Source: a virus
Length of the DNA stretch: 64,000 nt
IMG/VR virus record: IMGVR_UViG_3300020159_000429
Coordinates: 1-64,000 of that record
Direction: 5' to 3' (one strand)
The notes beneath the pieces were generated by a model that ran no database searches, was not told where the DNA came from, and saw only the letters and a program-made list of their open reading frames with translations. The position numbers were made by a program, and so were the translations under genes. Shown here piece after piece: positions 26,401-39,000 of the stretch; position 1 is the stretch's first letter, and each line of letters begins with the position of its first letter.

Positions 26401-27005
26401 GAAGAATTGATCCTAGCGTTAGCAATATTATTGATGTATATCTATTGACAAGGTCCTACGATACTTCTTACAGACGATGGTTAACTGGCGGCCTAGCAAC
26501 TAAACCAGAAATACCAACATCAGAATCGTTAAACGCACAATTTGGAGCCAACCTTACATCTATTAAATCTATCAGCGATGAAATAGTATACCACCCTGTA
26601 AAATATTTTTCTTTGTTTGGTGATAAGGCCACACCAGACTTTCAGGCAGTATTTAAAGTAGTAAAAAATCCAAATCGAGTATTAAATGACAACGACCTAA
26701 AGGTGAGAATTATCAACAGCATTAATGAATTTTTCTCTGTAGAGAATTGGGACTTTGGTGATAGATTTTATACCGGTGAATTGATTACGTATATCATATC
26801 ACAAAATTCTCCAGATATTAGTAATATGGTATTGGTTCCAAAACAGGAAAATCAAGCCTACGGAAGTTTGGTTGAAATTAGAGCACAGCCAGACGAAATT
26901 TTAGTAAGTGCTGCTACTGTTGATAACATTGAGATTTTATATAATATCACAGCAACAGAACTAAATCTATTGAACAGCCAAGTTGTAACTAGGACGGGTC
27001 AGTAA
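23496..27005 (+). CDS. gp6: Baseplate wedge protein (gp6-like)
   Basis: DFENLR, DFIESS, SVLRLARMLAYN, FSDGVYG, QNRMITGEDY motifs; follows gp25. Confidence 0.88.
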   Translation: MTTTTRQNNLILAEDWTRIYQTFKNADFKSYDFENLRRVMVAYIKENYPEDFNDFIESSEFIALIDLIAFLGQSLAFRIDLNSRENFIELADRKESVLRLARMLAYNAKRNQSASGLLKFESVSTTEDLIDSNGTNLARQSIVWNDPSNSNWYEQFIQVLNAAMIENVEFGKDQANKTIDGIRTEQYRLNSFSTAVPVFSFGKIAGGRNTTFEILSTGIGSSEFIFEEAPLPGRQVGFVYRQDGKGTASINTGFFMIFKQGSLESAEFSITAPTPNEIVSIATQNINDSDVWLYSLDASRTLTNYWTPVGSVVGNNIVYNSLNSNQRNVYSIITQSDDAIDLQFSDGVYGNLPQGDFRVYYRVSNGFSYVIPPNDMKNISVSIPYINARGIQHTLTISLGLEYTVENSAPSETIDSIRSKAPAIYYTQNRMITGEDYNLAPLSSSQEVLKVKAINRTSSGISRSFDIIDASGKYSKINVFADDGLVYRKDEERNYSFKYSNKNVVLNFIRNTIQPALSSFQTYNFYLTNFDKIFTADVNVKWIKSTTEENASTGFFGNVFDSFPIKVGTYTTSNLRYIEIGGLVKFIPPSASQAFYRGELVNYDPANKDHKKFVWTKIVKLVGDGTNAGKGNLNSGKGPITFSEVIPTGSLPSQVVSKFASTIPTDIENEILNLTFSNETFGLRYDVLAGEWTVISSTNVDLENNFNLGQAGDSTNTNVDSSWLVAFVYDGDEYRVRVRGTEYIFSSVSQNRFYFDRGEKVYDSRARTLIKDQIKVLGINESPQSSIATNIELADAILALRNSNPLFTASDVLSIVDRQQTLKDNISFEIADSVRYQDGYKSADSIKLSFYDSDDDGVIDNPDSFDEIVGIDLLTKYIFFQQVQDENGFDVFNYVPNINNRFVIKDKEINVNVNEYDHNQLIYFYDQGENIIKRVDLITRSFILEPSYVAYIGRDNLKFQYIHNASESRRIDPSVSNIIDVYLLTRSYDTSYRRWLTGGLATKPEIPTSESLNAQFGANLTSIKSISDEIVYHPVKYFSLFGDKATPDFQAVFKVVKNPNRVLNDNDLKVRIINSINEFFSVENWDFGDRFYTGELITYIISQNSPDISNMVLVPKQENQAYGSLVEIRAQPDEILVSAATVDNIEILYNITATELNLLNSQVVTRTGQ

Positions 27006-30000
27006 TGTCAAATAAAATTTTTAAGAAAAGTGAGCTTCCGTTAAGAAGAACGGTTGAGTTACTTCCTGATACATTTAAAACTAGTACCAATGATAAATTT
27101 TTATCAGCTACTTTAGATGCTTTAGTACAACCAGGAACACTTGATAGATTATCAGGATTTGTTGGTAGAAAATATGGAAAGACGTACAACAGTCGAGACA
27201 TCTATGTTGATGCCGAAGCTTCGTTGAGATCTGCTTATCAACTAGAACCGTCTGTTGTAGTTGAAGCTAACGGCAAAGTTAAAAAATCCTACGACTATAT
27301 AGATCTTAAAAACCAATTAAAGTTTTTTAGCAATATCTCAGAAAGAGATGATATTGTAACAAACCAAAAACAATATACATGGAGCCCGCCTGTTGACTGG
27401 GACAAGTTTGTAAATTACAGAGAATACTACTGGTTACCAGTTGGACCTGAAACGTTATCTGTAGCAGGACAAACAGAAGAAGTAGAGTCAACATACAGAG
27501 TTAGATCCGACGGGCAAAATGAGTGGATTTTTTATCCAGACGGATTAAAGCGTAATCCACAATTGACATTGTATCGAGGCCAAACCTACAGCTTTGATGT
27601 TAATAGCCCTGGTGATCCTTTCTTTATTAGAACAGGAAATCTGTTAGGTGAACAATTAAATTATAACAAAGGGGTTACAAACAACGGAACAGAAGTAGGC
27701 ACAGTTACGTTTCAAATCCCGCTTGACGCTCCTGATTTGCTTTACTATCAAAGCGGAACAAACATTAATCGTGTGGGTAGTTTTGTTGTTGCTTCAGTTA
27801 CTGACAATTCTTTTATCAATGTCGAACAAGAAGTTTTAGGAAAAATAAATTACACTAGTTCTAATAACGTAGTGTTTACCAACGGTTTAAAAATTCAGTT
27901 CATTGGAAAAGTTGAACCAGCAATTTACAAGGGCACTACATGGTTGGTCGAAGGTGTTGGCGAATCTATTAAACTAGTTAACTTTGCTGAATTAGAAATT
28001 CCACCTATTGAAGTATCGGATATAGAAATAACATTTGATGACGGAGGGTTTGACACACAACCTTTTGATGATGCTAGTTCTTATCCAACACGAAAAGATT
28101 ATATCACAATAAACAAAGCAAGCAATGATAAAAATCCATGGAGCCGCTATAATAGGTGGTTCCATAGATCAGTAATCGAATACTCAGCAGCCAAGAACGG
28201 TGTTCCTCCTGCGGTAACAGAAATTGACAGAGCAAAACGACCAATTGTAGAATTTCAACCAAATCTTCAATTGTTCAATCACGGATCAGTTTCTAAAAAA
28301 TCAATAGACCTAATCGATAATTTTACATCAGATGTATTTTCAACAATTGAAGGATCAGCAGGTTACAATATTGACGGGCAGCAATTAAATGATGGCGACC
28401 GTGTGTTATTTGTTAACGATCCCGATCCGTTTGTTAAAAATAAAATTTTTGTAGTTAACTTTATCCGAGTACAAACAAGTGCTAATATTCTTAACAGAAT
28501 ACAAATAAGTCTTGTCGAAGCCGAAGATTCAAATCCTGTATTTGGTGAGTCGGTGATTGTGTCAAAAGGTAGCCCTTCGAATAAAGGAAGAATGTTTCAC
28601 TTTGACGGGGACAACTGGGTAAAAAGTCAGCTCAAAACAAAAATAAATCAATCACCGTTGTTTGATTTATACGACAGCGACGGTGTTTCATTCTCAGACA
28701 GCCAGCGTTATGAAACTTCTACCTTTTTTGGATCAGAACTGTTAAGCTATAAAGTAGGAACAGGGCCTGTAGATACAGAACTTGATTTTCCTTTGAGTTA
28801 TCTAAACATCAATAATTCAGGAGACATTGTTTTTGAAGTTGACTTTGAAACTGACAAGTTTGTTTACCAATCAGCTGGGCAAACAGTTGTAGGTACAACT
28901 GCATCGGGATTTTTTAAAAATACAGAATCTAACGAATTTTCAAATAGCTGGATAGATTATAATTCTACACTATATCAACCAATCGTCGAAACTACACTAG
29001 TGTCGACTAATACTAATACTATAGAATCGAAAGCATGTCTGTGGACTACAGACGCAACAGAGCACATTTTATTTTACATTAACGGTGAAAAATTTAATGG
29101 AACATTTACTGACTCTATTGGAGTTGAGTCTAGAACATTTGTGTTTGATCAAACCTTTAACAGCGGCGATGTTGTTACAATTAAAATCTATACAGATGCC
29201 AACCCTGATCTAGGATACTACGAGATTCCGTTACCACTAGAAAAAAATCCGTTAAATCAAAATCTAACTCAGTTTACATTGGGTCAAGCTAATGATCATG
29301 TAAGATCAATGATTGAAGTTGACACAGGCTTCCAGGGTATATTCCCTGGATCAAGTAACATTAGAGATATTTCTAACTACCGTCAAAACGGTCGTAGATT
29401 TATCAAACATTCGGGATTGAGTGTAGCAGCCTATCCGTTGATGTGTGACAAAGACATTAATCTAGTAAAGTCATTAAGATACGCTGCCAGTGAATATGAA
29501 AAATTTAAAAATAATTTCATTAAGCTAGCAGGCGATCTTAACTTTGATCAACGAAGTACAATTGAATTTGTTGATGTAATTTTAGAAAAAATGTCTAAGA
29601 CTAATGTAATTGAATTTCCATTCTCAACATCGGACATGATTGGTAGCGGAGCATTTAGAGCAATAAATTACACAGTCGAAGATGAAGGCATAACAACTTT
29701 TGCCCTTAGTCAAAAATTTGATCTTGAAACAATATCACAACAGGCTGTGTATGTTTATGTTAATGATTTGCAATTATTATACAAATTTGATTATGAATTT
29801 GATTCAACCTTTGGTTTTGTAAAATTATTAGTTGAATTACACGAAGGCGATCGAATTGAAATTAGAGAGTACTTATCAACCTCGTATAACTTTATTCCTG
29901 AAACTCCTACTAAGCTAGGGCTTTATAAAAAGTTTACTCCTAGGATTTATCTTGACAATACATTTATTGAGCCAGCTGAAGTTATCCAAGGGCACGACGG

Positions 30001-33000
30001 AAGTATTATTATTGCGTTTGGAGATTTTCGAGATCAAGTGATTTTAGAATTAGAAAAAAGAATTTATAATAATATTAAAATTAATTATGATTCTTCAATT
30101 TATGACATTGACAGCCTATCTGGCGGATATCAAGCAAATGCGTTGTTTGAAATTGACGTAGTTAATGCGGTTATTGAACCAGAGTTTTTAAAATGGGCTA
30201 ATAATTTAGGTATTGACATTTATAAAAATGATATATATCAAGCTGAAAATCCTTTTACTTACACCTACTTCAGAGCATCGGACAAACAAAAACGTGTAAA
30301 ATTGCCACAAGCATGGCGTGGAATATACAATTACCTATACGACACCGATAGACCGCATATTTGTCCATGGGAAATGTTAGGATTCTCTGAGCAGCCTGTT
30401 TGGTGGGAAGATGAATATGGTCCTGCTCCGTATACCAGAGGCAATTTATTATTATGGGAAGATCTAGAACAGGGATTAATTAGACAAGGACCTACTGCTG
30501 GCATTAATTTGAGATATGCTAGACCTGGCTTGTTGACCTACTTGCCAGTCAATGATATTGGGCAGTTATTATCTCCTCAAGAAGCAACAGCAATTATTGA
30601 TTATTCATTAAATCGAATCAACGAAGATTATCAATTTGGTGACCATGGTCCTGTAGAAAATGCGTGGAGACGCAGTTCGTTATATCCGTTTTCTCTAATG
30701 ATAGCTGCTGCTATTTTAACACCGTTTGATTTTATTTCATCAAATTTTGACAAGACCAAAATTACTAAAAATATATTAGGTCAATTGGTTGATAAAAATA
30801 CTGGTACATTTATAAACAAAGACTCGCTAATTTATAGTTTAGAAAATTCTCCTGCCGGCGTGTTCACTTATGTACAAAATTATCTAAAATTTAATTCTAT
30901 GAACTTGTCGGTACTAACTGACATTTTTAAAAATATTGATGTTAAATTAACGCATAGAATTGGCGGATTTGTTGAAAAAGATAGACAAAGATATATTTTA
31001 GAAAGTAAGAGTCCTACTTCAAAATCAGCTGCGGTGTTTATTCCGCCCGAAGATTACCAAATCATATTCAATACTAGTACGCCTGTTAAGTCGATTAGTT
31101 ATTCAGGTATGGTTGTAGAAAAAGTCGATGGCGGTTTCAAACTATTTGGTTACGATAGATTAAATTCTTTCTTTACTTGTTACGATTTTTATCAACAACT
31201 AAATGACCCAACTTTAACAGTTGGCGGTATTAGTGAAAAATATCTTGATTGGGACGCTGAAAGATTTTACGGAAAAGGCACGGTAGTGAGATATCAGTCG
31301 TTGTACTATAGATGTATAACAAATCATACATCCGGAGCAACATTTATCTCTGAAAACTTTGTACGACTTCCGACGCTGCCATTGACCGGTGCAATTGAAT
31401 CAATTAAAAGAACCAAGTTTAATAAAACTTCGTTAAAACGAGTAGCCTATAATTCTGTGTTTACTACAATCCAAGAAGTGGTTGATGTTATCTTAGGCTA
31501 CAGTGAATGGTTAACGGATCAAGGTCTAGTATTTGATGAGTTTAATAAAGATCTAGCATCACCCAACGATTGGGAATTGTCAGCAAAAGAATTCATGTTC
31601 TGGACATCACACAACTGGGCAGTTGGAGCACTGATAGCACTTAGCCCTGCTGCTGCAATGTTAAAAATTGCCAATGTTGGCAGTGTGGCTGAAAATATTT
31701 TAGATAATTTTTACGATTACAATATTTTTAGAAATGACGGTACTAAAATTCCAGCATCGGATATACAAGTTTACAGAAGTTACAACGAGTTTATTTTAAC
31801 TCCGTTAGATACAACCGCCGAGGGAATTTATTTTGCAAAAATAAATTTTGTACAAAAAGAACATGTTGCGGTTTTCAACGATAAAACAATGTTTGGCGAT
31901 GTTATCTTTGATAAAGGACCAGGATATAGACAAGAGCGTATGAAGCTAGTTGGCTTTAGAACCACTGACTGGGACGGCGATTATACCAGCCCAGGTTTTA
32001 TCTACGACGAAGCTAATATTGATCCGTGGGAATCATTTAAAGATTACAAGTTGGGTGATATTGTACAGTATAGACAATATTATTATGTAACTAAAAAATC
32101 TCACACAGGCACATCAGAATTTGATGCCAATAACTGGGAACGATTAGATTCTTATCCTACTGCTGGATTAGTAGCAAACTTTGATTACAAAATTAATCAA
32201 ATTGAAGATTATTTTGAATTAGGTTATCAAGGAATAGACGACACTGAAAAACAATTAGCAAGACATACTATTGGTTATCAAAAGCGAAACTACCTTGAGG
32301 AACTAGCTCAGGATGAAGTTACACAATTTAGAATTTATCAAGGGTTTATTAGAGAAAAAGGAACTCAAAATTCTATAACAAAAATATTTGACAAACTAAG
32401 CAAATTAGATCAAGATGCTATTGAGCTAAAAGAAGAGTGGGCATTTTTACTAGGTTCGTTTGGCGGGTCAGCACAATTTAAAGAACTTGAATTATTAATA
32501 GATCAAAAAGATATTAAACTAAATCCTCAACCGATTATTATCGATAGTAGAGGATTGTCAAAAGTTAACTATCAGAATTATATTCTAACAGCACCAAATA
32601 ATTTTACTATTGGTAATGCCGATTATAAGTTTCCAACTAAAACCTATCCAGTTGCTGAATCGTCGGCTGGCTATGTTTATTCTGGCGATGTTGATTTTAT
32701 TGTTAAGACACGAGACAATCTATATGCTCTTGATATTAACCAGCTAAAAGACGGTTCAACTGTTTGGGTAACATTCGATAATACTGGATGGACTGTATTG
32801 CGATACACTATTACTGATGTGATTATCGGAGCAGTTGCGGTAGTTGATACAACATCAGTGACTATGGAAACTAACAAGCCACACGGTATAAAAGTTGGTG
32901 AAATTATTGGAATTAACAATGTTAGATTCTTAGAAGGATTTTGGAAAGTTAAACTAGTTGCTCCAACAACTATAATAATTGAAATTGCTGGCTATGACGA

Positions 33001-36000
33001 AGAGCCTGTGATTGATGAAAGTTCCTTTGCTACTATTTCAATATTTGAACCATTGCGAGTTGGTTCTTATGACAGTCTAGTATCTGACAGATTTGCGGCA
33101 TATCGTGAAGGCACTAAAACATGGTTAGATGACAACGGTAGTGGAAACTGGGAAGTTTTAGAAAAACGTAGAGTTTATAGTCCTATCTCCGTAGCAAACT
33201 ACGGTGTTGCGTTTCCAACAGGAACCGGTAAAAGCGTACTGTTTATTGAAGGTAGGAATCAAACCGTATCAGCAAATCCTGGACAGGTTGTTCCGACAGG
33301 GGAAGTTATTAGAGAATCTGCTGTTGTTGTTTACGGACAAAGTCAAGAGGGATTAATACCTTTACAAATTCTTAATCCTAATTCTAATCTAAGATCAGTG
33401 TTCTTAGGAACATACGGCGAAGTGTTATCAGCCAGCAAAGATGGTCGATGGCTAATGGTAGGATCGCCTAAGGTTTCAAACATCCCAAGTAATTATAAAG
33501 AAACATTTAGTCCTACAGCAACATATAATCCTGGAGACACTGTCCTCTATGCTGGAAAGTTATGGCAAGCACAGAGAACTGTACTTGGGGATGGCTCAAC
33601 AATAGACATAGCTAGTGATGACTGGTCTCCGGCAACCGAACATCTGGCCAACCCTCTGGGCATTGGTCTATACGATGTTAATCAGGGATATAGACAGCAG
33701 GGTGCTTTAGAAATTTTTGAGTATGACGAAGTATTCAGTCAGTATCAATTGCGTCATACAATTATAAGTCCTCGTCCTGCTCACGGTGAGCATTTTGCGT
33801 CAACAATTACTTTGGGTAAACGTGAAGGCATTGAGGGAACTAGCGGAGATGTTACCTTAACAATATCTGCTATTGATGAAGTTGGTGGAATTTTAGCAGT
33901 TTCAGCTCAAGGCGAAAGTGGACTTGTTGATGCTAGATTTTCAAACGTTAGTGGAATTGATATCAGTCTTCCTGGATCAAACGCTACATTTGATGTTTTA
34001 AAATCTAACAACACCTACACTGTTTTAGTTAGAACCGGCGGAACAAGATACGCTGTCGGCGATAGAATTAAAATTACTGGAAGTAATTTACTAGGACTAA
34101 CACCGTTTAATGATTTAATTATAACCGTTACTGCCGTAACGTCAAGCGGCGAAATTGTTGGCTCTGCCACTTATAATAATATTTCTGGTATTAACTCAAT
34201 ACTGCCAGCTGTAGCGGCTACTTTCCGTGTAGCAAAATCTGACACTAGATATTCAGTGACAAAAATTATTGGTGGCCAAGGCTATGCCTCAAGAAGTATT
34301 GTTAGATATTCTGGTCGTTTATATGCCTGTATTAAAGATACAAGAGTAGACTTTGGTGTTTGGGATCCTAACAGAACTTATCAAATTGGCGATGTAGTAA
34401 AATATCCAGCAAATTCTACAGCATATTACACAGCATTAGGGTTGAACACTGGAGTATTACCTACTAATGAAACAACTTGGGAAGTAGCAGAACCAATATT
34501 TCCAACTAATCAAGAATATTGGGAACAAGTATCAGGAGCAATTTTTGCTGAAACTGCTGTTGAATGGTCTGACTTAAATTTACAAGGCACTAGAATTAAT
34601 TACACCGCCGGAACAATTATAGTTATTCCAGGCAGTCAATTGGGCGGTATCGATGGCCAACACAATATTACAATTCGTATAAATTCTGTTACTGCAGAAA
34701 CAGCCATTGATAATTACTCATTTAGAGGAACTGCATCATCTGGAATTATATGGTCTGGAGTTGGCACATCGGGAGAGCGACAGTTTAACGACCTTCAGGG
34801 TGAAGATATTAGCGAACCTGGCCAAGGCGCAATTTTTGATGTAATACGTGAAAATGGAAATTATTTGGCGGTAGTTAATGTTGCTGGAACACGTTACAAT
34901 GTTGGAGATCAAATACGCCTACTAGGAACTACCTTGGGCGGAGTTGAAGAATCATATTATATGCTTGTAGGAGCTCCCGGTTCAAGAGATGAATCGGGCA
35001 GATCTTATTTGTACAAGTTTGATGGAGCAGGTTGGAAACATCTTGACGATCCTAATTTTGTAGGAGTTTATACATCATCTAAAAATTATCCAGTTGGATC
35101 TCGTGTGTGGTATAATACTTCATACTGGCAAGCAATTGAAAATGTTCCAGCATTACCTAATAATCAACCGGGCGTTGGTAGTTGGGAAGAAGTTGCTGAA
35201 ATAAACGTTGGAATAATGCCAGCATCAGCAGCTTATGTTGATGACGGATCAACTATACAACAAGGGTTACTCGGTGATGTTGAATTCTTAAATATTGGTA
35301 GTAATTTTGGAACTTCATCAGCATTTAACAAAGATGCTTCATTATTGGTAGTATCTGCTCCTAAAAACGACACTGCTGATTTTGAAAATTTTAGAGGAGT
35401 TTGGAAAAACAATATCAACTACTCTGTTGGCCAAGTAGTTAAGAAAGGAATATTTTACTACAACTGTTTAATTAACAACGTTAATACAGCACCAGAAACA
35501 GCACAGTCAGTGTGGCAAGAAAACACAGATTCAACTCTTGGAAAAACAGGCGCAGTGTTTGTCTATGAACGCGACGAGTTTGATACATACAATTTAATTC
35601 AAACAATTGATGCCGATCAGGTAGAATTAGAAGCAGGTGATGAGTTTGGTCACAAATCAATACTTACAGAATCTGGAACTAGGCTTTTCGTCTCAGCACC
35701 AAACTTTGATTATCTAGGAAAAGATCAAGGTAGTGTTTTTATATTTGATAAAGTTGCTGGACAATTTGTATTAACACAAAAGCTCAACGGTATTGTTATG
35801 GAGCCAGGCGAACGATTTGGTGCCAACATATCAGTATCTCCAGACGAAAAAACATTAGCAATATCAGCTGAAGGTGCTAGAACTTATAAAACAACAATTT
35901 TTGACAGCGGACAAACTGCGTTTGATAGATTTGTAACTAACTTTAGAGATTCTCAAGGTATTACAGGCAAAGTTTATGTATACAACAATTTCACAGGAGC

Positions 36001-39000
36001 ATTTGTTCTTTCAGAAATATTAGATCAAGGACTTAACACCAACGAAGACTTTGGCCAAGGCCTAGCAGTGGCTAACAGTTCTATAATTGTTGGATCGCCG
36101 TCCTACATATCAGATGATCCTGCGTTCAACACCGTTCGTATTGGTCGCTTACAAAAGTTTGATAAAGTGCCTGGAGTTAAACCTTGGTATACTATTAGAA
36201 AACAAACTGATCAAGTTAATATCGATTTGTTAAAAACATTATCGTTGTACGATAAGTTTAACAATGTAAAGATTGCTGATATAGATATATTAGACCCGTA
36301 CAAGGGAAAAATATTATCGGAAGCAGATCAACATATTAATTTTAAAACTTCGTATGATCCAGCCGTTTATTCTGTAGGCACCGATTTATCAGCAGTTGAT
36401 ATAGATCAATCATGGCAGTCGGATAAGGTTGGATTAATTTGGTGGGATTTATCTGCTATAAAGTGGAATCTCAGCGAACAAGATTCTCTAGCATTTAGAA
36501 ATGGCAATTGGGGGTCATCGGCTGTTGGTAGCTCGGTTGATATTTACGAGTGGGTTGAGTCATCACTAAGACCAAGCGAATGGAATCAGATTACAGAAAC
36601 TTCTGAAGCATTTGTTGAAGGCATCAGCGGTACTGCGTTGTACGGAGATGATTCAAATTATTCTGTGAGAGTTATATTAGATACAACAACAGGTTTGCCG
36701 TTAAACACAATTTATTATTACTGGGTAAAGAATAAATCTACTATTCCTCCAGCCGTTAACAGAATATTCAGTGCTCAACAAATTGCTAGCTACATTTCGT
36801 CTCCAGCATCGTCGGGGTTGCCATACGCATTATTAACTTCTGAAAATACTCTAAGTTTGGTTAATACATCGTCAGTTGTTGATCAAGACGAGTTTATAAT
36901 TAATATTCAATTTTACGAAGAAGAAAAAGACATCAATCTAGTACACACTGAGTATCAACTATTATCAGAAGGCGCATTGGCACTTCCTAATACTGAGTTA
37001 GAAAATAAATGGATTGACAGTTTAATTGGTGAAGACATTGCCGGACAGGCGGTGCCTGATAGAAAATTATCTTCTAAATTAAGATACGGAATATCAGCAA
37101 GACCAAGACAAACTATGTTTGTTAATAGAAATAATGCGGTTAATCTAACAATTGAATACATCAACAATATTCTTAAGAACAAACCGTTCGCAGAAAACAT
37201 TGATTATATCAATTTAAACTTAATAGATAACGCACCTTCAAACATTAAAAATCTATACGATCAAGTGTTAGAAACCGAAGCTGAGTTAAGATTCATAGCA
37301 ACATCTAAAATTAAAACTGCTGTACTAAAAGCAAATATTGTTAATGGACACATTAACACAGTTGATGTCATTGACGGCGGATACGGATACAAACTTCCAC
37401 CTAGCATAAAAATTGTTGGATCGGGTACTGGTGCGTCGTTACGTACAGTATTAAATCAAAATGGGTCAATTACATCAGTTACAGTAGTAAATCAAGGTAA
37501 GAAATATCTTACAGCATCGCTGATTGTTAGACCTTTTTCTGTGTTAGTTAACACAGACTCTACTGTAAATAATTTCTGGAGCATTTACTCCTTAGATGAA
37601 AAGAACAAAGAATTTTATAGATCAGCAACACAGTCGTTTGATACTACTAAATTTTGGAATAAAGTTGATTGGTGGTTACCACCGTTTAACAACACATCTA
37701 AAATTAGAAAATCAATAGCTGGACTATACGAAGAGCCAGGTTTAGAGTTAGCTCTTGGTGAATTGGTTCGTTTAGATAACTATGGTGCCGGCGGATGGGC
37801 AGTACTTGAAAGAGTAACTGCTGATCAAGCTGATATCGCTGGCAAATATAGATTAGTGGGAAGAAAATTAGGAACTATACAGATTATTAACAAGTTCTAT
37901 AATACTGACATCGAGTCAACTGGCTACGATTTAACTCAGGCATTTGACAGTAACAAGTACGATACATCTGCCGCAATTGAATTTAGAAATATTCTTAGAG
38001 CTGTTAAAGAGGATATTTTTGTTGACGAACTAGCGGTTGAATGGAATAAATTATTTTTTGCCTGCGTTCGATGTGTTTTCTCAGAACAATTATATGTTGA
38101 TTGGGCATTTAAAACAAGTTTTGTAAATGCCACACACAATGTAGGATATTTAGAAAAGAAATTAAACTACAAAAATGATAATTTATCTAGTTATCAATCT
38201 TATATTGAAGAAGTTAAACCTTACAGAACTAAGATTAGAAACTATGTTAGCAAATATTTTAATATTGAAAACGCAAATCAAGTAACTACTGATTTTGATT
38301 TACCGCCGGTATGGGATGCTAATACAAATTCTGTTAAAATAATTAACAGTAATTCTTTAGAAATAGATCAATACCCTTGGAAATTATGGAAAGATAATAA
38401 TCATTATTCGGTTGTTGAAATTAAACTAGTCAGTGTTGGTACAGGATACTCGTCCGTTCCTCAGATTGTGTTTGTAGGTGGCGGTGGCAGCGGTGCTACT
38501 GCTCAAGCATATATTTCTAATGGTAAAATTTCTAAGATTTTATTAACTAATCCTGGATCTGGATATACGTCTGCTCCAACAGTAAGTGTTGTTGGAGGTG
38601 TTGGCAGCAACTTACAAAATGCTGCTAAGGCAATTGCTGTAATTGGTGATTCAAAAGTTAGAACGTTTGATATGAAAATTAAATTTGATAGGATTTCTAA
38701 AACTCCTAAATTTAAATCATATAGCTTTGACGAGAAATTTAAAGAAACAGAAAATTTTGTAGCTGGCAATAAGCAAACAGCTTATCGATTAAAATATGCT
38801 CCGTCATTAGATCAATCTACAATATCTGTGTCGGTAAACGGCGGCAGATTATTAGCAAGTCAATATTCAATTACACTCTCAGAGGAACGTATTAACGGAG
38901 TTACAGAATTAGTTGGTAATCTTATTTTAAATGTAGCGGCTAATTTAAACGGTGTAGTATCAATTACCTATCAAAAGAACGATGAAATTTTAGATAGTCT